The position numbers and the translations under genes were made by a program. The notes below the pieces were generated by a model. It saw only the letters and a list, made by a program, of their open reading frames with translations, had not been told where the DNA came from and did not search any database. From contig QPMI01000093.1 in assembly GCA_004431415.1 (NCBI GenBank), forward strand, positions 124,001 through 188,000: a stretch of 64,000 nucleotides of DNA. The letters are read 5' to 3'. The DNA comes from Cyanophora paradoxa CCMP329. Lineage: Eukaryota; Plantae; Glaucophyta. Shown here piece after piece: positions 37,901 through 49,248 of the stretch; the stretch's first letter is position 1; every line of letters starts with the position of its first letter.

Positions 37901-40900
37901 TCTTCAGCTCGGAAGTGGAAGCCTTCAAGCTGAAGTTCTTACGAGAATGCGTGTGCAGCCCGCAAGGATCCCAGAGCTCCGACGACCGAACGGAGTGCAA
38001 ACGTGAGCTTGCGTACGCCGAAGTAAAGAAGTACTGTATACATATAGATGAAATTAACCGAGATGCCATGATGCATGAGATCTAGAGACACGGGTACGCC
38101 TCTTCTTAACTAATATGCAAATGGCGCAGTTTGCCCCGCCGGCAGCTTTGAAAATAACGGAACATGCGCACCCTGCTCCGTGGCGCGCAACGGTTTTGTA
38201 ACCATGAATGTAATCCTTCAAAGATTCAATCTTAACTCGATTTGGAGCAGGGCTCAATAACCAGGCTGTCCGGATTAACGGCTTGTACCAAGTGCGAAGA
38301 GGTGCGCGAATAGATTTAAGAAATTCATGATCATATTCTCTGTAGGCTGAGAAGCCTTTACAGGGAACAATCTCAAATGATAAAGGAACAGAGTGCCTCG
38401 ACTGCCCAGCAGGAACTTACCAACCTCCGGACCAAAACGTTTGCGTGCCCTGCACGCCCATTCGAATCCGGGAGACAGCAGTGTACCTGTACTCCCCAGG
38501 CAAGCTTTTCGGCAACTGCATCTTCTGCCCGAAGGGCAAGTACGCGAGCGCGATGGGCACGCAGTGCATTGAGTGCGTTTGATCCTGTTATCTTCGTCGA
38601 TACAACGGTAGCATTACTCCCTCCATGCGCGCAGCTGTGATAGAGGATTCTACATGCGTAACGAGAGCTACACCTGCGAGCAGGTGCGATGACGGACATT
38701 AATATTGTATACGTATCACGCCTCTTTCACGCAGCTAACGGGGCACTCTGCCTCTCGATCAGTGCCCAGCCAATACATACTCTGCAAATCCAGGACAGGG
38801 CTACGCCTGTACCTCTTGCCAAGAGGGGTACGTGAACGCACCGGACTTCTCCAGCTGTACCCAGTGTCCACCGGGGACCTGGAGGAATGCATCCATGACC
38901 GTCTGCTTGCCCTGCCCTGAGGTCTGCAAAGCAGTGTCTGCACATACTTTGGCCATCGATATCCCTTGGCAAGCTGGCACTAATTTCAGTCCCAGAATCT
39001 TCACACGTCCACCCCAGGCAGCTCGAAATGTCTCCCTTGGTGCGTAAGCGACATAAGCCCCTGAGCCTCTGAGCATGCGCGCCATGCTGATGCTAAGGTT
39101 CGGTTTCACATTCGAAGTACCCCTGGAAGCATACCACGAGACGACAGGTGACCGTGAACTTTGTATTGAGCTTCTTGCTTGGGGCTCTAACCAAGGTATT
39201 GCGCTGCAGGATTTCCTGCACCGTGTGCCCGGTGGGACGCGTGCCCGGCAGGGGTGGAGCGGTCTGTGAACTCTGTCCTAAAAACTCGACGGCCCCTGCT
39301 CCAGGCTCCGCCATGTGTGAGGCATGCATTACGCATCGGGATAATATCATAATCAATTCGAAACGTTAAGTTTTCGCCGTTACAGCTATGCCCAGCCGGC
39401 CACGTCGCGGATGCGGCACGCGAAACATGCGTGCGCAGTTACATCCGGTTGGCATCAACCGGCAAGCAATATCGCTGACAGTTATACAACAGGAAGCTTG
39501 CCAGGCGGGATTCTTCGCGTCTCTGGGGGCACTCAGCTGCGCGAAATGCGAGAATAACACTATTTCGACCGTCGGATCCAGCAATTGTACGTCGTGCACG
39601 CCGGGACACGTCAGCACAGACGGCCTCGCGTGCACTGCCTGCCCTCCTGGCACGTATCGAAACTCAAGCATGACCGCCTGCACTCCTTGGTTCGTTACAC
39701 GTATATATTTAATCGTAACAGCTTTTTGATGCGCTGTTCATTGCGGGATTGACGGCAGCCCATTTGGGTCGTACGCGAGTTCATCTGGAATGTCTCAGTG
39801 CGTAGAATGTCAAAGCGGAAAGTTGTGCCCTATTGGTGCGTCGCACTTGCACGCGACTTTTTTGTAGCAGCGATTAGTTTTCGACAATCGCTGATTGCAC
39901 ATATCACTGACTGCGCATATCTCTGACTGCGCAGGTTCGTCTGCCCCAATCGATACATCTCTTCGGGAGCGTCAGTCGGACGTGGACCTGTCCGCGAGCC
40001 TCTCGACCTTCCGGCGCGGGCGCCTCCGAAAGCTCCTCGATCTCGGCAGGCGGATGCTAGGAATAGTGAGCAGCGAGGACGACATACAGTTTGACGTGGA
40101 GCTGCAATGGCAGGAGCGGAGCCTCGAGTACAATACCGTCAACCTGACTCAGGCCGTCATTAAGACCGAGGAATCAACCACTCAAGAAATGAATCGCGTG
40201 CGCAACCGGTAGCGGTCGCTCTCTTTATGCTTGGTCTTTTTGCTTAATGATTGCTCTTGATGCAGCGATTTATGATCATTGGGTCCGCCCTGGCTGCGGG
40301 GCTCGCCCTCTTTGCACTGGTCCTGGTGTTCTTCTTGTGGCTTATGCCAGCGACGCCGGAGAAAAGGGAATGGCGCTTCCGTTTCGTCCATCGCTTCCAT
40401 CTTCTGTACAAAGGTAACCCGCATCATTCAATTGCAATAATAGAATATTGAACGAGCTTAAAGCTTGATCTCACGACGCCGGATACACGCTTGCAGAGGA
40501 GGCCACCGAGGAGCACGACGAGATCAAAGAAACCGCCGAAAAGGGCGACATGTCTGGAGAGCCTCTGGATGAGCAGGGGCGGACTTCGTCTGGTGCCTTC
40601 TTCACGGTGCTCGGCGTGTTGGCGATCGCAATCGCAGGTGCGAAAATTTTAAGAACGTCGCATCAAACTCGCGTCACTTAACGTAATTTCGCCGTTCGAA
40701 GTGTCCTTTGTCGTGGTGCAGTACACCACAGCAAATTTTACAGTGCGTGAACGCCCCCGCATGCGCCTCTGTACATGTATACCTGGATTTGACATGCTGG
40801 TTTGATGATCGCTCAGATCATCGAAACGCTGCAGCTGGGCACCTCGCCTTCGGCCGCGGAGATCAACGGCTTCTTTCGCATCGTCGCCATCTTCAGGGGG

Positions 40901-42074
40901 TACTCGGGCCGCTGCGACTCAGCCGAAGCTGTCTTTTTGTCCAACGGCATCTCTGGCAATGGAATACTGACTGCCACCAAGACGGATGCCGGACAATCTT
41001 GTAGGTATTCTTGAACTGCAGCTGCTTTTTGCGCGGGCCCTTTGCTGGTGCATAACTTTCTGTCTGCAGGCTGCAGTGGATCTGTGACAACTGCAAGTGC
41101 GCCCTGTCGATTCCATCGCAATCAATCGCGAGTTTCGGAATCTGATTGCGTGCAATTACAACGCAGAGTCACCGCCGTGGACGGCGTCTTTGCAGAGCTG
41201 AAGCTTGTATCCCGAATGGCGTTCGCTGTCGCTATCCCGTACAGGATCGAGGTGCGCCCTTCAGCAGCATTTATCCATCCTTTTATTTCATGAATGCACA
41301 GGTGCCCGAGTTCGTGAGGGCGGATGGGCTTATCCAGACCTCAAGCGCCACGACAGTCTTCCGCGGAATTGAATCTGTGAAACTACCAGTCGATCTGACC
41401 CCAATGCACTTCTCGGATCCCAGGGACGGTCGACAGCGCTACTTCGTCGACATATCGCCCTCCAACACGGCCGTCAGCGAGAAGGACGAGACTGCGTTTG
41501 TGCGTCTCTATATTGAGCGCTCGAGTGTGCCTGGACCTGAATTATGCGACCAATATTAATCGTTGCCGGCGCAGGCTGTGTGCTCGCCGGCGAGCCCGCT
41601 CTCCGCGTGTCCGCAAGACGCCGTCTCTTTCCGCGTCAACTTCCGAATGATGGGCCTCTTTGTAAACATCGAGCGCGTCATCCGCTCGTCACTGTTAGAC
41701 ATGATCTCGGATTTATTCTCGCTTGCCGCCGCGGCGTTCGGGTTCGGCGGCCAGGCGTTCGTCGTGTACATTATGACCAAGAAGTTCCTGAAGGTAGACC
41801 CCGTCTATGTCGATTGCGCATGCCTTTCAACCGGTATTCAAATCATTTGTTGCAGAAAGTACCGGAGCACACGCGGGCCCTTGACCTCGGACTCGGGTCT
41901 GAGAGGGCGCTGGAGATGGCTCCTAAGAGGCCGCCGGAGGACAAGACTCTGTTTGTCGTGCTCCCGATGGAGGGCGCCGGCGGTAGCCAAGCTGGCGCTG
42001 CAAAGCCCGCGGAGCCAATGGCGACTCACCAGCGCGATCCAGAAAAGAACGTGCACGTTGTGCTGACGTATTAA
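28965..42074 (+). CDS. Very large multi-exon surface protein: signal peptide, unique N-terminal region, many Cys-rich GCC2/GCC3 (Ephrin_rec_like) repeats, three-TM C-terminal module
   Basis: Hydrophobic leader LLTASTLMVLCGGFLLLAL. Repeated CxxCPxG[TY][YF]-type exons at ~33.0-39.8 kb (e.g. CTACPPGTYRNSSMTAC). TM1 FMIIGSALAAGLALFALVLVFFLWL, TM2 RTSSGAFFTVLGVLAIAIAVSFVVVQY, TM3 SLLDMISDLFSLAAAAFGFGGQAFVVYIM. Stop at 42074. Could be two genes, because splicing at 30.4-33.0 kb is not fully resolved. Confidence 0.7.
34400..37205 (+). repeat. Near-identical intragenic tandem duplication, 1231-bp unit, ~2.3 copies (exons and introns)
   Basis: TGCGTTGGCTGCGGCAAGGG at 34418, 35649 and 36880. Identical ORF pairs offset by 1231 (34636/35867; 34615/35846). 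Confidence 0.97.
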
Positions 42075-43969
42075 CAAGTACAAGCTGTAGTCTTGGAGGA
42101 TGGTGGAATCATGGATTGTTTAGAGTTGACAGAACTCAACAATGGATACCGCATCTCACATTGAATGATATATATATAATTATAATGCTAGTGAGAAATT
42201 TTCATTCAATTAGTTAGAAAATCGCAAACCGGTAGGCATAGGTATAGATGGAAATTCGGCGCATACCGTATACGTAGTACATACACGCACATTTATACGC
42301 GCTTGCCCACACGCCAACACTCGTAATACTTGACGTGGTGGATCCGATCGCGAGCGTATACGTATACGTAATCGTTATTTCTCATCATTGATATTGTTTG
42401 AATCGCAAATGGTAGGCCTAATTATATATAATTATATAAGGTTTCCGGTATCTGAATATCGCTTGATGCGTTGCAAGGGGAGGCAGTATGCTGTTATTGC
42501 TTGCTTTGCTCCCCTTATGCTTGCTTTTATTTCCGGCACATAATTGTTGCTCTTTTTTAAGCTTTTTGTTTGGTGAATTACCGGCCACAGCCTCTAGACA
42601 CCAGCACTGCGGGGGCTGCCCAGGGGGCATATACAACAAAGAGAACGACTGAAACAAGAAAACTAAGGCAAGAGCACTAACAGCAACAAGACAAAGAGCC
42701 AAAATCGACAGCAGAGGAAGAGAGTCCGAGAAGAGACGACGGACTTGCTCTCTTGCTCTCTGTACGTACTTTCTGTGTTAGCAAGTTTTGTTAGATGCGG
42801 TTCTTTGCATGAGCTCTTGGACGTGTCCCCGACGTGTCCCCGATTTTTCTGCACCCGAGTTTCAAATCGTGCCCTGGGGCTCCCCCCAGATCATAAACGT
42901 GCCGGTCCCGCACAAAGGGGTCGCATGCACAGGGATGCCGGAGAGGCCGGAGAGTGCAAATAGATTGCTAGAGCGGATTCCATCGGTCAGGCTTTGATCT
43001 AAAACGAATCAAGGCCGCAGAAAAAGGGGGCCCCCTGAGCCCGCTGCCGCCGCCCCGCGCTCTAACCCTCTGGGCAAAGTAATACAGAGGCCTGGGTAGG
43101 CTACACGACATGGGTCTCCTCAAAGGTTTTTGGAGAAGTAGTGCTTGGGCGAGACCGCGCGCGGCCGTGCCGGCAGCCGCCTTGACTTGGTCCACGAGAG
43201 CGAAACCGCCTGCTGCGGCGTCGCACAGGCGAGTGCTCCGCACGCGGCGGGGGGAGGGGGGGCGCGGGCGGGGGAGGGGGGGGGGGAAAGCGGGGAGGGG
43301 AGCGGGGAGTGGGAGCGGGGGGGGGGGGGGGGGGGGTTGCGGCCAGGGAGGACCAGCTGGGGGCGCCGACAGCGATGCAGCTACTTTCATGATCACCCCT
43401 ACCGCCGGCCTCCTCCTCGTCCTCCCCGGCGTACCCTCACTCCCTCCCCTCCCCCCCCCCCCCCCCCCCCCCCTCCCCCCGTATACGTACCGCAGGCTAG
43501 GTGGGAGCAGGAGTGGTCGCACTGCCATGGGCCCTGTTGTACACGCCCCCTTACGATACTAGAGCGAGTGGGCGTGCAGTGGCCGGGCGCTAGAAAGCAC
43601 TAGGCGGAGCTCGGCGGGCAGTTCTAAAGATCTAGAGGCGGTGGCGGAGCTAGGAGGCGATACCTGCGAGCCATCTAGGCCCTAGAGATCGCTATAGCTA
43701 GCGCACGCCCCGGCGGAGCTCAGGCACAGTACTTGACCGGAGGAGATGAGCAGCGGCTAATCCTGTACTCCAGAAGACGTCGACATACCCACGTAGGTCT
43801 AGAGAGGCTAACCAAACCGTGAGTCTAAACTCGAGTGGCGATCAAATCTAATGCCGACTACAACTATAAGCAGCTCGAAGACTGCAGCTATCAAACCATG
43901 CATACGTCAGGTAAAGCTTTAAGGTTAAGCATAGCTAGGCTAATATGCTGCTATATACAGAATACAACA

Positions 43970-44079
43970 GATTTAAGCCTCAATCAGCCTGATCCAAGCC
44001 TGGTTCAGCCTGTTTCAAATCAGGCTCAGTCCTCCAAAATTAGGCTGAGCCTGTTTCGCCAGGCTCCGGCGACCCCCTA
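43970..44079. mobile_element. Possible solitary right end of a hAT-like element
   Basis: Clustered AGCCTG/CAGGCT subterminal motifs ending in GGCGACCCCCTA. No matching left TIR found. Confidence 0.3.
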
Positions 44080-44309
44080 CTAGTGTTCACACCCACCCTG
44101 TAAAAGTTAAAGTGCTGCCAAACTTGCCAGTGGCATCAGGCCCGAGCTCGAACGGCCCGCGTCGCAGCGCCAGCGCTAGCGCTAGCGGGCCAGTATATAT
44201 ATATATACCATATATATGTAGCGGCCCGGCGGCCGCGCGCAAGGACTTCAAGTCAAGGCTTCATTGGAATGAAAACCGCTGCAGCTGCAGCTGCAGACTT
44301 GAATGAATC

Positions 44310-45040
44310 CAGTTCCACTAGAAATCCAGGCCTAGGGCGCCCAAGCTCTTTAAGCTGGCCCAGTGGCCAAGCAAAGACGCCCAAGCAAAGCGAAGTGGAC
44401 GTTCTATAGATAGATCTCGACAAAGACCATGCAATCGCAAGCGCAGCGGCAGAAAGCTCAGCGGCTGCGTAGCTGCAGTCCAACGATGTTCGATTCCGCT
44501 AGAAATCCAGGGCGCCCGCCGTGTTGGGGGCCGCGCAGAACAAGCCCCCCCGCCTCCGGCACCCGAGCCCCCGCCGCCGCCCCCGCCGGTGCCGGCGGCC
44601 GCCTTGGAGATCTAGACCTCTGCATTCAGAACGCTCAGCGACTGCATTCCTAGGATTCGATTCCGCTAGAAATCGAGGGCGCTGGCCTTGTTGGGGGCCC
44701 CGCAGAGCAGCCCCCCGCCGCCCCCTCCCCCGGGCACGCCCGCGCCCCCGCCGGTACCGGCGCCGGCGGCCGCCTTGGAGATCTAGACCTCTGCATTCAG
44801 AACGCTCAGCGACTGCATTCCTAGGATTCGATTCCGCTAGAAATCGAGGGCGCTGGCCTTGTTTGGGGCGGCGCAGAGCAAGCCCCCGCCCCCGCCCCCG
44901 CCGGTGCCGGCGGCCGCCTAGCTACAGTCCAACGATGTTCGATTCCGCTAGAAATCGAGGGCGCTGGCCTTGTTTGGGGCGGCGCAGAGCAAGCCCCCGC
45001 CCCCGCCCCCGCCGGTGCCGGCGGCCGCCTTGGAGACCTC
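44310..45040 (-). repeat. Tandem copies of the ELP4 C-terminal coding end and stop codon
   Basis: GATTCCGCTAGAAATC at 44492, 44659, 44830 and 44941 (the real end), plus a degenerate copy at ~44312. Each reads like ...C.APN.A.ALDF* on the minus strand. Confidence 0.9.
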
Positions 45041-46635
45041 GGCGCCCTGCGCCCTCGCCTCTCCCGTGGCGTCCGGGGGCGGGTGCAGCCGCTCGATCCG
45101 GAGCCGCCTGCGAGCGAAGTGAATTACTCGAGGGGAACGTTCTTCTACTTCGTCAGGAGCAGCCGCACGCACCGGCGCTTGAGGGCGAATCCGAAGGAGA
45201 GTGTGTCGGGGAGGGCGGGGCAGAGGAGGCGGTGGCCGGGGAGCCGCGTGGCCCGCACGAGCCCGTGGAATTCCCGGAAATCGGGCGGCGGCGCCGACTC
45301 GCCGGCGTGGAGGCCGCCCGAGAAGGACTCGAGGGACAGCGCCGCGTCGGCGAGGTGGAGGAGGCCGCGGGAGGTTCGGGGGGGGAGAAGGTGGGAGGGT
45401 ACAGTCGCCGCGAGGGCCACGGGGGAGGGCGAGCGCCTCAGGAGGCCCCGGGCTGCGTGGAGGAAGCGGAGGAGCGGGCGGGCCTGCGAACGAAGGGTTG
45501 GGGGGGAGGTGGGCGGGAGGGGGGTACAGGCGCACGTCGTTTGGGGAGGAGGGGTCGAGCCCCCAGGCGGGGGATCCGAGGGAGTGGATGGCGATTCGGC
45601 CGACGCGGCGGGCCGGCTCCTGCTGGGCCGCGAGGCCCTCGACGAAACTGCGTACCCGGGGGAACAGGGACTCGTAGGGCCCTCCCCCCCCGCGGGCGGC
45701 GCCGAAGCTCGCGGGGGGGTACACGGATTCCAGCGCGGCGGCGCGGCGGGCGGCGCCGAGGGAGGCGGGGTCCATTGGGGCGCTCAGGTCGAAGTCGTGG
45801 CAGAAGACGGGGGCGCCCGCAGCCAGAGACAGGCTCCCTGCGCCCCCGCCCTCAGCGGGGCGCGGGGGGCGGGGTGGCCGGCCGGCGCACCTGCGGCGAC
45901 CGCGAAGGAAGCGACCTCTCCGTCGTCCTCGCCGGCGCCGGCGGGCCCCGCGGCCGCCGCGTCGCCGGCGAGGTAGCGCCTGTACCGCCACGCGATGCGA
46001 AGGCCCGCGGCGTCCTCCGCGGACCCGCCCTGCGCCCCGCGCCCCGCGCCACCGCTCAGCATGCGCGAGGAGGGCGCGAGGGTGGGCGCGCATTTGCGCC
46101 CGGGGTCGCCGCGGTTGAAGAGGCTGGGCGTTCCGCGGGGCTGGCGCCGGCGCCGGCCGCGGGGCCGCCGACGCATGCGGGAAGCGCGGCAAGGAGGGCA
46201 TCGGGCGGGGCGTCCGCCGAGATGACCTGCACGCTGTGCCCGCACGCGAAGCCCTCCGCCATAAAGTACTGTGCGCGAGCACAGCCGCGGCGTCGTTGGA
46301 CGCGAATTTGATCTCGGCGGCAGGGGGGGCGAACGCACGCGCAGCAGGATCGCGTGGAAGTTCGTGTTGCGGTCCTCCTCGATGAGGAAGATGCCGCCCG
46401 CGGGAATGCCGCCGCTGAAGATCTCTGCGGCGCGCGGGAGGCGTGAGCGCGGCGCGGCGCTCGCGCGCGAGCCGCGAACGCGGCACGACGCACGGTCGAG
46501 CTCGAGCAGGCCCGTCGAGAGGAGCGGGAGGCCGTTCACCGCCGATGGTCGCACGCCGGGGAGCGGGCTGCGCGAGGCCGACCCGCCCGCGGCCGCGCTC
46601 GCCTCGGTCGGCGCGCGCCGTCGGAACGCTGACAT
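44948..46635 (-). CDS. ELP4: Elongator complex subunit 4 (copy A, apparently complete)
   Basis: MSAFRRR...PGVRPSAVNGLPLLSTGLLELD / EIFSGGIPAGGIFLIEED...ILLR / YFMAEG...LRIAWRY / FCHDFDLS...RIAIHSLGSPAW / DFREFHGLV...FALKRR / RLRIERLHPPP...C...ALDF*. Confidence 0.92.
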
Positions 46636-47359
46636 GCGGAACGCTGTAGCTAAGCCTTTGAAGCGATCGTGCGCAACGCAGCTGCGTCGCGTCCGTCTCC
46701 TCGCCGACAGAGCTCCGAAGGCAGAGGGAAAGCCGAGAATGCCCACAGATCAGGCAAGAACTCGCAAAGACGAGCGACGCCTGGAACGGGGCCGATCCGC
46801 CAGGCTGGGGCTTCGGTAGTTCTTGATTATGAGCCTGTACCCGTTACCGTGCCGAACCCTCCGCGGGGTTTCCCCAGCTCCAGCTCGCTTCCGACCCCTC
46901 GCCCTTTCCACCACCGAGTCCGGCTTCATCGGAGGCGGTGCGCTAGCCCCGCTTTGCACAGTCGATCTCAAGCTTAAAGCTTGCGCTCTCCGTCGACGTC
47001 GCAGGGCGATCGTCGGACTCGGCGAGCTCACTGCGACATCTCAGAGTTTAGGAGCACATCATGGACCTCACAGCCGATTGCTCGGAGGCGCCGACGGCGC
47101 CAGCGCCGTCCCCAGTTGCAACCGCGGCAACTGCAGATGCAGATATCGGTGGTGCGCGCGCGCTGACGCTTTCGCACGCGAATGAAACCGCTCGGACACG
47201 ATTGTTGTGGCCTGCCGGCCGCGCTGGCCGTGGCGCCGCGCCCGCATCATGATCAGTTGGCCATATGCATGCATATGGCTTTATAGCTAGATCTCCATGG
47301 GGCCGGCTGCGGGAGTCCCCATCGCCTATCTAACGAGCGCTTCGACTCGTTTCGATCAG

Positions 47360-49119
47360 GTGGCCGTGGGGAGCGTCTCGATCTTGTCCTCGTGGAGCCG
47401 CAAGACAAAGAACAGACGGAGCGGGCCGTGATCAATCAGTTGCTGCAGATTTCGAAGCAGATTGAGCAGCAGCAGCCCGAGGTGCGATACTTTCCGGGGC
47501 CCAGGGCGCGCTCTCGGGGAGCGTCTCCATCTTACTCGTGCAGCCGCAAGACAAAGAACAGATGGAGCTGGCCGTGATCAATCAGTTGCTGCAGATTTCG
47601 AAACAGATTGAGCAGGAGCGGCCCGAGGTGCGATGCTTTCCGGGGCCCAGGGCGCGCTCTCGGGGGTCCCCTCGAGCTCTCTAGGTCTAGATCTCTTCTC
47701 TTTGGTTTTCTTCCTTTCTCTCTCCCCACCTTTCTCTCTCGATCTCCTCCTATACGCCCTCGCCCTCTCTAGGTCTCCTCCCTGCCCCCCCCCCCCCCCC
47801 CCCCTCCCCTCCCCTGTCTCCTCCCGGCCCCGCGCATCCCCCCCTGCCCCCCCCCCCCCCCCCCCCTCCCGCCCACCCCCCCCCACCCACCCCCACCCCC
47901 TCCCGCCTCCCCTGCCCCTCCCCCTCCCCCGCCCCCCCCCCCCCCGCCCCCCTGAAATAAAGAGCCTGTGCCCTCCACTCTAATTTCTCCTCGCCGAGTC
48001 GCCCCAAATTAAAGCTTGCGCGGACCGGGGCCGCTCGCACCTAGCTCTCGCGATCGTATTACATATGTCAAGTTTTGATCTCGAGCTCTCCCGAGACTGA
48101 TTCCGGGCCGGCCACCGGCCGCCGGCCTTGCAGGTGTTCGAGGATATGGCGAACGCCGTGAACAACGTGACCGCCGGCCTGCACGCGCTGGGCGACAGCC
48201 TGAAAGCGCTCGCCGATTCGGTGAGCGACGGAGCGAAAGCGCTCTCCGGACCGGTGAGCGGCGTCGGCAACGGGACGAAAGTGCTCGCCGATTCAGTGAG
48301 CGGCGGGGCGGGAGCACTCGCCGCTGCGGTGAGCGACGTTGGCAACGGGACAAAAGCCCTGGCCGTTTCGGTGAGCGGCGGGGCGGACGCGCTCGCCAGT
48401 GCACTGGACAACTGCGGCCGGCGCATCGAGTCGGTATTTGTTTGCACGAATCCGAGCTGCGCGGAAGCCATGCATATGCAAGCACTGAATATTCCTTGCG
48501 CAGGCGATCAAGTTCGCTTCCGTGGTATCTTGATTCGGTTTAATTTCTTATATGCTCGTTTAATCCCAGCCACATAATCAACTCTTTTCCGCAGGTCGCG
48601 GTCTTCCTGGCTGCGATCCTGAGCTCGAACTCGCGCTAGAGGCGTGAGTGATCATGAGTGATCCATAGAGGTGCAAACCCTTAAGCTTCTGAAGTCGCGT
48701 CGAGACAATTGCAACAAGTTGATCGTTCATATGCATGATCATATGCAGATCGTCGATCGCGAAGATTGAATCAGCCTGGCAGTGATTATGCATATGGATT
48801 CGAAGGAGACACTATATCTTGTGGCCACAAGCATGCCATGATGGGCCCGGGGTTCAATAGGGCGGGTTCGGAGGGCGTGGCCATGGGGATGGGGCGGCAG
48901 GGCGGCTGGTGGGACGAGATGCACGTGGAATTCGAAATTAAATCCGGCCATGCCACGGTGCACTGCGCATGCGGCAGGAAGCTTAAGCGTGGGTCGAGCT
49001 CGGAGAGAGCACTTCGAGCTGCAGAGGGGGTACCGGTGCGGGTGCCGCAAGTGCGGGTCCGGTGCACCTCGAGCTCCGAGCTCGAGGCTCCGCCGCGGGA
49101 TTGGCGAAGAGGTACGTAG
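47360..49119 (+). CDS. Orphan multi-exon gene, copy A (Gln-rich exons, xxxLxxG-type heptad repeats); start uncertain, may be decaying
   Basis: AG/GT-bounded exons PQDKEQTERAVINQLLQISKQIEQQQPE (duplicated at 47398 and 47544) and VFEDMANAVNNVTAGLHALGDSLKALADSVSDGAKALSG...LDNCGRRIES. Paralogue in unit B. Confidence 0.5.
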
Positions 49120-49248
49120 AGGGCGCACGGGCCGCCGGGCCGCGGGCGGAGGGCGCGCCCGCCCGCCCCCTCGGCCCCTCGCAAACCAAGTGTACACGTA
49201 TTGAAACTATTATTATGCAATGCGGCAGTGCGATTCTGCGCTAGCTAG

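Noticed and set aside
42418-43603. ORFs such as 42968..43528 (-)
   Set aside because: Low-complexity Gly/Pro content from G/C homopolymers and no recognisable domain; probably TE-derived.
44521-46311. 596-aa plus-strand ORF and similar long ORFs across 45-61 kb
   Set aside because: Antisense or off-frame shadows of GC-rich ELP4 and ZnT9 exons and introns.
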